This document shows, piece by piece, positions 11,159 to 23,030 of a DNA stretch of 64,000 bases (positions within the stretch are counted from its first letter, which is position 1; each line of letters opens with the position of its first letter). Source of the DNA: Ranitomeya imitator (lineage: Eukaryota); the NCBI RefSeq assembly GCF_032444005.1, contig NC_091285.1:674870001-674934000 (forward strand), given 5' to 3'. A model generated the notes under the pieces. That model was not told the DNA's origin. It saw only the letters and a program-made list of their open reading frames with translations, and ran no database searches. A program made the position numbers and the translations under genes.

Positions 11159-13902
11159 GTAAGACAGATGTCTATGTATACAGAGGCTCCATCCTCAGGT
11201 AGAAATCCTCCGATGTGATGGCTCATCCTATATACAGTTGTGTGAAAAAGTGTTTGCCACCTTCCTGATTTCCTATTTTGCATGTTTGTCACACTTAAAT
11301 GTTTCAGATCACCAAACCGATTTTAAATATTAGAAAAGATGACACAAGTAACCACAAACTGCAATTTTTAAATAAAGGTCTTTATTATACAGGGGAAAAG
11401 AAATCCAAACCTACAGGGCCCGGTGTGAAAAAGTGATTGCCCCCTTCCTCTTAAAACATAAATTAACTAGTTTATCACATCGTTTTGAATCTGAGTTCAA
11501 ATTCTCTAGCCACGCCCAGGCCTGATTACTGCCACATCAGTTCTCAATCAAGAAATCGCTTAAATAGAACCTGCATGACAAAGTGATGTAGACCAAAAGA
11601 TCCTCAAAAGCTAGACATCATGCCGCGATCCAAAGAATTTATGGAACAAATGAGAAACAAAGTAATTGAGATCTATCAGTCTGGAAAAAGTTATAAAGCC
11701 ATTTCTCAAGCTTTGGGACTCCAGGAAACCACAGTGAGAGCCAGTATCCACAAATGGTGAATACATGAAACAGTCCAAACCTTCCCAGGAGTGGCCGGCC
11801 AATAAAAATAACCCCAAGAGCGCAGCATCTACTCCTCCAAGAGGTCACAAAAGACCCCACAGCAACATCCAAAGAACTGAATGCCTCACTTGCTTTGGTT
11901 AAGGTCAGCGTTCATGAATCCGCCATAAGAAAGAGACTGGACAAAAATGGCCTGCATGGCAGAGTCCAAGACGAAAACCACTTTTGAGCAATAACCACAT
12001 AAAGTCTCATCTCTATTTTTCCAGAAAACATCTTGATGGTCCCCAAGACTTTTGGGAGAATACTTTGTGGACTCACAAGACAAAAGTCTTATATCTGGTG
12101 TAGAAGTAACAGCATCTCAGAAATGAACATCATACCAACAGTAAAATATGGTGGTGGTAGTGTGATGGTCTGGGACTATTTTGCTGCTTTAGGACCTGGA
12201 CGACTTGCTGTGGTAAATGGAACCATGAATTCTGCTGTCTGCCAAAGAATCCTGAAGAAGAATGTCCGGCCATCTGTTTGTGACCTCAACCTCAAGTGCA
12301 CTTGGGTTATGCAACAGGACAATGATCCAAAACACACCAGCAAGTCCACCTCTGAATGGCTTAAGAAAAACAAAATTAAGACTTTGGAGTGGCCTAGTCA
12401 AAGTCCTAAATCCGATTTGAGATGCTGGGACATGACCTTTAAAAAGGCAGTTCATGCTCGGAAACCCTCCAATGTGGCTGTATTATGACAATTCTGCAAA
12501 GATGAGTGGTCAAAATTCCTCCAGAGCGTTGTAAAAGACTCATTGCCAGTTATTGCAAATGCTTAATTGCAGTTGTTGCTACTAAGGGTGGCAGTTATTA
12601 GGTTTAGGGGGCAAACAATTTTTGACGCAGGACCCTACAGGTTTGGATCTCTTTTTCTCTTTATAATAAAGACCTTCAATTATAAACTGCATTTTGTGAT
12701 TACTTCTGTTTCTTTGTCTAATATTTACATTTGGTGATCTGAAACAGTGCGACAAACATGCAAAAGAATAGGAAATCAGGAAGGGGAAAACACTTTATCA
12801 CACAACTGTATTCTGCCGGTGAACAGGGGACACCTACAGTCTGTGCCTCTTTCTTTGCTCTCTCTGTCTTCTTAATACTTTCTTGTCTATTTTTCTCACA
12901 TTTCAGATTTGTGCTACCGAGAGGAATCTTCTGTGGAGAAAAAGGAGAATCATGGGTGGAAAAAGTCAAGGGGTGCATTAATCAGGGTGAGTTTCTCCAT
13001 CTGCTCCAGCAATAAGACTATGGATGTAGAGGAGCAAATCATCACTGATGGGCACCGATCGTCTCTGAGGAAGTTCTATCACCTCCACGAATATAATTAC
13101 TTGTCAATCTAGAACATTATTACTTTTTCAGTTGTGTGATCATAGATCGATAAATGTTTGGTCTCTTCTAATGATCTTGTTGTCCTCTTTGCAGGTAGAC
13201 AACCTTGTCTAAACCAGCCAGAAACTCCCAAAGGCTCAAACGAGAAGTTGCCCTCAACCACATCTACAGCCAAAATAGCTCTGTTTCCAGGACAGTCTAC
13301 ACAGACTTGGAAAGGAGGAACAGAGATGTCTTCAGAATCTGCTAATAAAAATCCCAGTACCTTGCAGAAAACCTTAGAGACCATCATGGGTGCCACCACC
13401 GCAGCACAAGACTTGGGTCAGAATAATGACTCACAACATGGTACGGAGTGGACAATGATAGGGGGTGGAGTGAGGGAAAAGTATTGTCTCCCTGAGGGTT
13501 GATAGGTGGTGCTTCTTCAGGTTTCTCAAAACTGGGCCAATATTATTTTTTTATCTTTGTCTAAATCCAATGCTCCATGTTCATATTTCATCCTCTTCCC
13601 TCACAGGTATTAAACAATCAGCAGAAAAAGAAGACGAGAAGAGCAAAAAGAAACAAATGATGACAGCCATTATCTTATTGATATTGATAGTCTTGGCGAT
13701 GACAGCCATCGTGACATACTTTGTTTGCCGGAAGAGGAAGGTTACCAAATGTACAACCACATACAACACCGATATAAACATGGTGTACCAACAACCACTC
13801 GTAGAAGAGCAGGAACCAGGAGGTGAAATCATTCCGACGTCATGTGTCCTAGAAGAGAAGAGCGGTCTACAAGACAATATTGCTTATGAGGTCCAGAACT
13901 GA
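11020..13902 (+). CDS. cxcl16: CXCL16-like transmembrane chemokine (5' partial): join 11020-11158, 12907-12986, 13195-13440, 13607-13902
   Basis: Four AG/GT exons splice in frame: GASQGGNNWKYCQDCGRLLKDANMDDQFYQTLVQNAKYEECPHNIV-RFVLPRGIFCGEKGESWVEKVKGCINQ-GRQPCLNQPET...(S/T-rich stalk)...-GIKQ...AIILLILIVLAMTAIVTYFVC-RKRK...YEVQN*. The exon-3 motif RFxLxxxxxCGxxxxxWVxxxxxC matches CXCL16, and the gene lies tail-to-tail with arrb2 as in the human ARRB2-MED11-CXCL16 region. Confidence 0.82.
11235..12808 (+). mobile_element. Tc1/mariner DNA transposon, full length but decayed, in a cxcl16 intron
   Basis: TA|CAGTTGTGTGAAAAAGTGTTTG...CACTTTATCACACAACTG|TA, with ~200-bp TIRs and TA TSD. The transposase starts MPRSKEF at 11620 and retains KYGGGSVMVW, QQDNDPKH and WPSQSP motifs, with frameshifts and stops. 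Confidence 0.93.
12907..12986 (+). CDS. cxcl16: cxcl16-like exon: C-terminal chemokine domain (80 nt)
   Basis: ttttcag|A TTT GTG CTA...AAT CAG G|gtgagt; contains the C...WV chemokine signature. Confidence 0.85.
13195..13440 (+). CDS. cxcl16: cxcl16-like exon: mucin-like stalk (246 nt)
   Basis: ctctttgcag|GT AGA CAA CCT TGT...CAT G|gtacgg; Ser/Thr-rich. Confidence 0.8.
13607..13902 (+). CDS. cxcl16: cxcl16-like exon: juxtamembrane, TM helix and cytoplasmic tail to stop
   Basis: cttccctcacag|GT ATT AAA; hydrophobic segment of about 21 aa followed by RKRK stop-transfer; TGA at 13900-13902. Confidence 0.8.
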
Positions 13903-13959
13903 ATGCGCTGACTTTGTCTTTTTCAAAGTTGCTTACGTTTGTGGTTTTTGCAGTTTTTT

Positions 13960-15560
13960 TTTTTCTAAGGGAACTTGGCAACCTTGACCAGAACTGTGAG
14001 ATTTCTACAGCAATCCAGATATTCAATTAAAGAAGCAGTTTCTGCCTCTACCACAGAAGGAAGTCTCAGCAAACGAAACTTGAGCTTCATTATTTTCAGC
14101 TAATCGAGTGCAACTTTATCTTTGGGGTCAATTAGGAGGAGTTGTGGACACAGAATCTTGTCCAGCACTTTGAGGGTTCTACAGCAGTCCAGATATTCAG
14201 TGAAGAAGCTCTTTCTGCCTCTACCACAGGAGGGATTCTCAGCAAACAAACCTTGAGCTCCATTTCTCTTGGGCAGTCAATTACACCTCATTTCAAAAAG
14301 GTAGTTGTGAAGGATGATTGACAACAAAACTTGACTTGTTGAGGTTTCCATAGCAGTGTAAATAATCAATGAAGCACTTTCTGCCTCTACCACAGAAGGA
14401 AGTCTCAGCAAACAAAACTTGAACTCCATTACTTCCGGCCAATCGATTCCAATTCTATTCACATGAAAGTTAGGAAGGATGATGGACACCAAATCTTGAC
14501 CAGCACTCTGAGGCTTCTACAGCAGTCCGGATGTTCAGTGAACAAGGTCTTACTGCCTCTCCTACAGCAGGAAGTCTCAGCAAACAAAACTTGAGCACTA
14601 ATTGATTCCGGCCCGTCAATTGCGACTCTATTCATAGGATAAGAATGGAACAAATAAGAGGGGTGGTAGACAACTAGTCTTGACCAGGACTTTGAAGCCA
14701 TCCAGATATTCCATATAGAAGCTCTTTCAGCCTCTACCTTAGCAGGAAATCTCAGCAAACCGAACTTGAGCTCTTCATTACCTCCAACCAATCAATTATA
14801 ACTCTATTCATAGGGAAGACAGGGCTGGGAAAAAAGAGGAGCAGTAGACACCAAATCTTACCAGCACTTTGACGTTGATACAATAGTCCAGATATTCAAT
14901 ATATAAGCTCTCACAGCCTCTACCACAGTAGGAAGTCTCAGTAAACCAAACTTGAGCTCAATTTCTTCTGGCCTTTCATTTGCAACTCTATTCATGGGTC
15001 AGTTAGGAGGGGATGTGGAAATAAAATCTTGCCCAACACCATAAGGCCACATGAATAACGCTGTCTAGATACTCAATGAAGCTATGCTCTTTCCCCCTAC
15101 CATAGCAGCAAGTCTCAGCACATTTTTTAAGTAAACCAAACGTGAGCTCGAGTTCTTCCAGCCAACAATCTGTAGCTGCATTCATAGGACGGGTCAGGGA
15201 TGAGGAGTTGTAGACACAAAACCATGACAAGCATTTTGCAATGCAAGGTTTCTACAGAAGCTATATGAAGAGCTCTTGAGTCCAGACACCCGGTGAAGCA
15301 GCTCTCCCTGTCTATATCATGGTGGGAAATGTCTACAAGACCTAACCAAAACCAAACCCGAGCACAATGACGTCTGGTCAGTTATTTTCAACTTTATTCA
15401 TAGGAATCTTAGGAGGGGTTGTAAAACAAAATTTTTATGGTTAGTGAGGTTTCTACATCAGCCACATGATCAGCTCTTCATCCAGACACCCATGGAAGCA
15501 GCTCTCTCTCTGCCTCTACCACAGCCAGAACTCTCAGCACGATCTCAAGAAAACCAAAAG
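13960..15560. repeat. Old diverged ~175-bp tandem array just after the cxcl16 stop
   Basis: TCTCAGCAAAC anchors at ~14065, 14238, 14403, 14576, 14750, 14936, 15113, with related units to ~15540. Confidence 0.85.
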
Positions 15561-15779
15561 CTGCACAGTTTTTCCTTGCCGGTAAGCTTCATAGACCCCA
15601 ATTCTGTACCCTTTCAGACAAATTAACATTTTAGAACTTCCTACTTCCAGGTAGAAAGATGTGTAAACCCCCAATGCATCGTTGATTTGGTGTCTACCAC
15701 CCATTTCGTGACAGTAGAAGACTTCTTAACTGGAGCTTTTAGAGATTGCCCAAAGAAAATGGCCGATTGTCCAATAATA

Positions 15780-16130
15780 TAGGAGTTAAGGGCTTGGTCA
15801 TGGATGATACTATGCCAAGTTTTGACCTCAGGTTTAAGTCTAGAAGAATAAAAGTTCTACCTTGAGGCCATAAAGTCCAAGGTGTCCCCTACAGTACTGA
15901 GGAGCTTGGATGGTCACCTTGGCAGAGATATGGACAAGTCCAGGCCATAGAATGACCCATGAGAAGTTTGTGATGGTTTCCAACATTTCAATGTGGACAT
16001 GAAGCAGTTGAACATTGGACCATGTCACGGACTGTCCATCTCCTATCGTGGGGATATTTGGTCTCTTAGGACTGGTCTTGGGTCATGATGATGACATTGT
16101 AGTCGCTGTCAGAACGAAACTGTCACTTCT
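15780..16130 (-). mobile_element. Possible decayed Tx1/L1 endonuclease fragment
   Basis: SDYNVII...QD and YCRGHLGLYGLK segments loosely resemble APE motifs; weak. Confidence 0.25.
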
Positions 16131-18049
16131 TGAAAAAAAAGAATGAACTTCTCAGTTTCTGAATGGATTTTCAGCCGACGAACGTCACTTTATGATCATC
16201 TGAGCGCGGACGGCTGCAAAAATTATAGGATCAGCTTTTTTATTTTTTTTTTAATCGTTAAAGTGGACCTCCGACTACCGTGGTCAGTAATTATTAGATA
16301 CGGGACTTTGATATCTCACAATTACTTTTTTTAACTGTTTTAACTTATTTTATATTTCATCTCCTGCACTGTTTGAGATTTTTCTACATGAAAACCATCA
16401 TCAAGTTGGTGTTGGTGGATCTGTTTTTTTTTTTTTTTTTTTGGGGGGGGGGGGGGGGGGTTTGTAATGGGCAAATTAGTACTTTGTGCTCCTAGTGGTG
16501 ACCTGCCCGTGTCTGGTTTCTGTCCCTTTACCCCATCCCATTTTCTTCCATAATGTATTATCGTATCATGCAGGTGTACGGAGCGGGCTCAGGAGCGGAT
16601 CCTGCTCCATACTGGGCGAGCATCGGCTGTGTGATACTGCTGGCATCGGTCTCCAGCAGCAGCGACCGGAGCTAGAGCTGATCACTGCTGTTTAAACAGG
16701 CATTTAAAGTGGTGAAATCTTGTGGTCCTTTTGTTCCGGTGCCCATAGGCCACAATGGTTATATTGGCAAGTGGGGGCATACCGGAGACCCCCATGGCTG
16801 CCATCTTGGTACTCCCGTGAAGTCTATACAAAGGGCCTCATATACTGCAATACTGGTGTACTATATGGAATCCCCCTACTAAGACTGAAAAATTAGAAAA
16901 ATAAAAAACAATTGAATATTAAAAATTTTTTTATTCTTCCCCTTTTCCAAACGGCAATAAAATAATAAATCTTGTATTGCCATTAATGTCTAATCTATCA
17001 AAATATAAAATTATTTAACCCTTACGGTAAACGCAAAATAAATTGCTTTTTTTTTTTTTTTAACCATAAAAAAAATAAAAAAAAAAAAAAAATTAGGTAT
17101 CGCCGTAAATCGCTCTGACCTGCAGAATCAGGCTACTAGGTACATTTTTTTCATATTTGGATTTTTTTTTCAGGGCGTTAAATGGTAAAATAAACGGTAT
17201 AAAAACTCAAAAAAAAAAGGAAAACAGGAAAGAAAAGTTTAGAGAGGGAAAAACAAAAGTACAAAAAAATGAAAAATTACTGGGTCCCTATGGTCCTGAT
17301 TATTAACCAGATTACTAATAACCTGTAATAATAACCTGTAATAATAACGATTATTAACCTGATAATTAATCTTGATTATCATCGTGGCCCCACAATTCAA
17401 AGCATCTGAGCTTTCATCATTGTGGACTCATATCCATTTACCGGATCATGAAAAATGACTCCTTCACAACAGTTTACCTACTTGCTGATGGTTTTCATTT
17501 TTTTATATATATATTTTTTCCTCCTTTTTGGGATTTTGTAATACATCAGAAAATGTAAATAATGACTTTTAAGACATTGGATTTTTTTTTCCACTTGTTC
17601 TTACGTTGTCAGGGTTCTGAGGCTGTGTAATCTACTTATGATGACCCCGCACAGAGACATTCATGGTGGAGGAAGGGGCTGAACCATGTTGGGTCTGGGA
17701 GCAGGAAAGGAATCTATGACCCATTGTACATATCTTCTGTTTTAAGAAGGAAATGCGATTCATGGGAAACTTTGCTAATGTCATTTGTTGTTGTTTTTTT
17801 CTTTTTTTTACATTAAAATTTAAACTTCTAATTTTCAATGCTGGGAGTTGTAGTTTCACAATAGCCGTAAAGCCACAGATTGGAGACCATTGACGTAACG
17901 AAAAAGGGAAGATGGACCCACAAAGGAAAAAAAACAGGATGTGGAATTGTGGATTAAAAAAAAAAATGCGACTCACAATATTCTGGACGGGCTTCACTGC
18001 AGTATAATGGGATGATGGTGGTGGGGGATCGTGCCACCAAGTATAAGGG

Positions 18050-20100
18050 CTTCATCGTATAGTTCCATCACTTAGTATTCTGAATATCCTCAATGTTTTA
18101 TGATCCCTGGTGGTCTAGAGGTCTGAATATTCTTTTGATCGCCTGTTATTGCAACGTTGTGGTGACCAACACAAAAAAAACGTAATTCTGGCATTTTGAT
18201 TTTTTTTCTCGTTACGCCAATTTTCCGATCGGGTTACTTCTTTTTTTTTTTATATTGATAGATCAGGCGATTCTGAACGCGGCGATGCCAAATATGAATG
18301 CCGGCCTTCTGCAGACCTCTGGCTGTGATGCCAACCCAGCGGCGCCCCGCGATCATGTGACAAGGGCACCCATGCCGGGACAAGACCTATGACTTACGTA
18401 TACGTCATGGGTCACAAGTTTTTGCACCCTTTGATTTTTCCATGCTTTTTGTTTTCCTGCACACTGATGTGACCTGTGGTTATAAATCAGCTGGGAAGAG
18501 CTCAGAAAAAGACACATAAGAGTTAGAAAACTGCTGGTTGGGCTGATATAGCGGGCTCACTGACAGATTCTCAGTTAACTCATTTTAAAGCAAGGAATAG
18601 ACAGTTCAACACTGAGACCGTAGGAGGCAAACCATGCAACATTTTGAATGAAACACAATTGAAAAAATTTGTTCTAGCCACAAATAAATGCAGTTAAGTA
18701 AAACAAAACGAGTCCCAAAGGGATGTTTTCTGATCCAAGTCGGCCCCAGTGGTTGTCAAATGTTCATGGTGATACCTGCTTATCCCTGGTGGTCCAGTGG
18801 TCTGAGAATATTCCTGGTGATATTTACTAATCTCCATTACTTTAAGATCACTTTTTGTGATGTTTCTCGGTCTCTAGTGGTCCGGTAGTCGGTGAATATT
18901 TCTGGTGATTGTTTCTGATCCCTGGTGGTCTAAATGCCCTAGAATATATATGATGTGATCTCTGGTGCTCCAGTAATTGGAAAATATTCACAGTCATGTT
19001 TCCTAAACACTTAGTGGTAAAGAGTTCTGAGGATGTTTCCTGAATCCTGGTGGTCCAGTGGTCTGAATATTTCGGGATGCGTTTCCTGATCACTGGTTGT
19101 CTAGAAGTCTGAATATTCAAGGTGATGCTTCCTGACCCCTGGTGGTCCAGTGGTCTGAAAAATTCTTGGTAATGTTTTCCAACCCCGGGTTGTCTAGTAG
19201 TTTGAATATTTCAGGTGAAGTTTCCTGATCCCTGGTGGTCCAGTGGTCTGAATTTCTTACAATGACACCTGTCTACACCAAATTATACTTGACCTCATCT
19301 TTGAGGAACTTAAATATAATTTCATATTGTCCCGCATCTCTGGTTATATGTATCCTGGTGGTCTAAATATCACTTTTGATTTGAAGTCCGACTTTCAACT
19401 AATCAAAATATTCTTAGTGGCAGCTATTGTGATCGATCCCACGGTGTGAATATCCTTACTAAATAGCCCTTGTAATCGTATACGGCCTGCTCTCTGGTGG
19501 TCCGGTGTCCTGAAAATGTCCATGGTGGTCCATGAATATGAACATACCTTATGATATATGACCTAGTTTCTAGTGCTTTAGTGTCCCCAATATGTGGTAG
19601 GTGACGTTTTCTGATCCCTGGTGGTCTAGTGGTCTGAATATTCGAGTGGACGTTTCCTGATCCCTGGTGGTCCAGTGGTCTGAATATTCGAGTGGACGTT
19701 TCCTGATCCCTGGTGGTCCAGTGGTCTGAATATTCCAGGTAATGTTTCCTTATTCCTGGTGGTCCAGTAGTCTGAATATTCGAGTGGACGTTTCCTGATC
19801 ACTGGTGGTCCAGTCGTCTGAATATTCGAGTGGACATTTCCTGATCCCTGGTGGTCTAGTGGTCTGAATATTCGAGTGGACGTTTCCTGATCCCTGGTGG
19901 TCCAGTGGTCTGAAAATTCCAGGTAATGTTTCCTTATTCCTGGTGGTCCAGTAGTCTGAATATTTGAGTGGACGTTTCCTGATCACTGGTTGTCTAGAAG
20001 TCTGAATATTCGAGGTGATGTTTCCTGATTCCTGGTAACCTAGTGGTCTAAATATTTCAGCGTCAGGTGACGTTTTCCAATCCCTGGTAGTTCAGATATC
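18050..20100. repeat. ~43-bp repeat family, dispersed then tandem (homogeneous core 19600-20030)
   Basis: TTTCCTGATCCCTGGTGGTCCAGTGGTCTGAATATTCGAGTGGACG. Confidence 0.9.
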
Positions 20101-22329
20101 CATGGATTGTGCCAAACAAGGATTTTATAGACCCGGCCTGGATAATATCACGCTCCAATTACCATGTGAGGTCTCTGATATTGAGCTGTCCCTTCTCGCT
20201 GGGGGGGGCAGGCATCTTCACTTTGCACTGATTAGCACCTCTTTGGTAATTAGGATGTACATTGTCAGTTTTCCCTTCCACCGACTGTCAGCTACGTGTT
20301 AATTACTATGTAAAGCCTCCATGTCTGCTCTCCATCAGATAACCTGCTTCAATTACCTGTTCATAGCAGGAGGTGCAGGCAGTGATCCAGTGCTACCAGC
20401 CTGTGATCTCCACTCATATCTCCAGAACAAAACACAACAGCCAGGAGGTGACGTGTTTATATAGCATAAGCTGCGCTGACATATATGGCACAATTTATAG
20501 AAACTATGGTTTTTATAGGATTAATTAGCCTCATTGGATTGCCAAGGGCTCGAGTTAGTGCATAAGTAAGGGTGACAGTGCAGGGGAGACACACAAAATA
20601 ATCAAGGAGTTTAAAAAAAAAAAGTGAACATTACTCCATTTAATTCTTTTATGGCATTCTATAGTAACCAAAGCCTCATGGGAGCCATTCTAAGAAAGCC
20701 AGAGGAAATACTAGTTCCACCACATTCTAGAATAATGGGGGAAAGAAGACGTCGTCAATGTAGCGGCCATCCCAAAGAGCATGCAAATAACTTCAGAAAC
20801 AATAAAAAAAAATAATCAATTTCTCCTACGCTCTGACAAACTGCAGAAATATTCTACCCCGCTTTACAAAATTGTGTAACATAATTGAGTGTCAGTGGAT
20901 GCTATCAATGGTGACAATGCAGGGACAAGACAAAGATGATAACCACTGAGTTAAAAAGGGAAAAAGTGGATTTTACTACATTTCCTTAATTACATCCTCT
21001 AGTCATGAAAGTTTCACAAGAACTATACTAAGAAAGCCATAGGGAATACTAGTTACGCCACATTCTTGAACAATAGGAGAAAAAACATCGTCGATGTAGC
21101 GACGATGGGAAACAAACAAAAAGCTTCAGAAACAAAATAAACCCAATAATTAATTTCTTCCACTCTCTGAAACACTACAGATGTATCCGACCATGCTTTC
21201 CAAATTTCGCAACATAGTCGAGTCTCAGTGACTTGATTTCCCAGCAATAAACGAATAATGGATATAAAAGCAAAGTTACACAGGAGGAGCTCAGAGTACA
21301 GAATCCAATGGAGGATATATGAATGAAAACAGTGGATCATTAACCATCCGCATGCTGCGTAACAAGGCAGAAAAATAAAATCCAGCATCCAAGTTTTTCC
21401 TAAGTGGTATAAATAGGTGGGGTGTAGAAGGATGATAGACCAATAAAAGCAGGAAAATGGTGCAAATCTGCATATGTTCACAGTAGGTATAGGAGGAAGT
21501 GCTAAGAAAGGGGAGAACTGGCTATACTTGTATTGAATAAAAAGAGCATAAATAGGTCTATGTACAAGTGTTATTAAAGTGCACCAAAACCCATGTACCC
21601 TACATCTGTACATGTAAAACCGTTACCCACCACTAGAGGGTGCACAGTACAGCTAGAAATGGATTTACACCAAGTCAAATTACAATCATCTTCAACTTGC
21701 GCCCTCTAGTGGAGGCCTGAATATTGCCATTAATAATGCAAGGGTGACAAGAAACAGATCCACTCACGGGTGAATGCAACTATTTTTTGTATTATTATTA
21801 TTTCTCACCCCTGTGTATTGCACATGAACGCCGCACAGATGTATTCCGGATGGACTCGCTTTTCATATGATGTCAAATTTTCCCCAGAATCAGATTATAC
21901 AAGAGCAATGACCTGATGCCTGGACCCGAAATAAACAAGAATGTTGCAGACATTTGTAAGGAAGTGAAAGTTGCAACATTTCATGTCCTGAAATATTTAC
22001 TTCCTCTTCTATTATTTATAATTACAAAAAAAAACTGTTATGGGGATACTGAACATAGTTCTTCTGAAAGGCATCCTGTCCTGTAAGTTATCAGCTCTGT
22101 CACCAGAAAATACCGCACCTCATTATCACTTTTTCCTCCTGGTAACTACATGGAAATCACTAATAAGCTGCTGTTGACGGACCTGTTTCTTCTGCTGTAT
22201 AGTATAAATCATAACCTGTTGGGATTCCAATTTCTCGGTCCTCCCCCCAACATCCATAAAGTTTAATTTTCTTAAACAGCACATCAATAACATGACCATG
22301 TATCAAGTCATCTAAAAAAATAAATATTA

Positions 22330-22640
22330 CTACATCCACATTGCTACACCACCAGAACCATCAGAAATCCAGAACTAGAGCCACCATCGGTACGTGAATT
22401 CGGCACCAGAACCATCATCCATCCATAAATACAGCATCAGAATCCTCATCAGTACATGAATATACCAGAACCACCATCAGCACACAAATACAGCACCAGA
22501 ACCATCATTTGTACATGAATACACCAAACTTACCATTGGTTTATGAATAAAGCACTAGAACAACCTTCAGTACATGAATATAACACCAGAACCACCATCA
22601 GTACATAAATACAATACCAGAACCACCAGTCGTACATAAA
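22330..22640. repeat. Diverged ~28-30-bp repeat
   Basis: ACCAGAACCACCATCAGTACATGAATAC. Confidence 0.75.
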
Positions 22641-22712
22641 TACGTCGATCAACAGGTCTCTTGACACAGGAAAAGCCTGTCGATCACCTCTAGCAGAGCT
22701 GGGAACTTTTAA

Positions 22713-23030
22713 AGGGACACTGTCACCTGAATTTGGAGGGAACAATCTTCAGCCATGGAGGCGGGGTTTTTGGGTGTTTGATTCACCCTTTCCTTACCTG
22801 CTGGCTGCATGCTGGCTGCAATATTGGATTCTCTGTCCTCCATAGTACATGCCTGCGCAAGGCAAGATTACCTTGCACAGGCATGTACTACGGAGGACAG
22901 AGAATGAACTTCAATCCAATATTGCAGCCAGCATGCAGCCAGCGGGTAAGGAAAGGGTGAATCAAACACCCAAAAACCCCGCCTCCATGGCTGAAGATTG
23001 TTCCCTCCAAATTCAGGTGACAGTGTCCCT
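22713..23030. mobile_element. Palindromic MITE with TTAA target (T2/Kolobok-like)
   Basis: TTAA|AGGGACACTGTCACCTGAATTTGGAGGG...CCCTCCAAATTCAGGTGACAGTGTCCCT|TTAA; the arms are complementary over most of the length. Confidence 0.85.
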
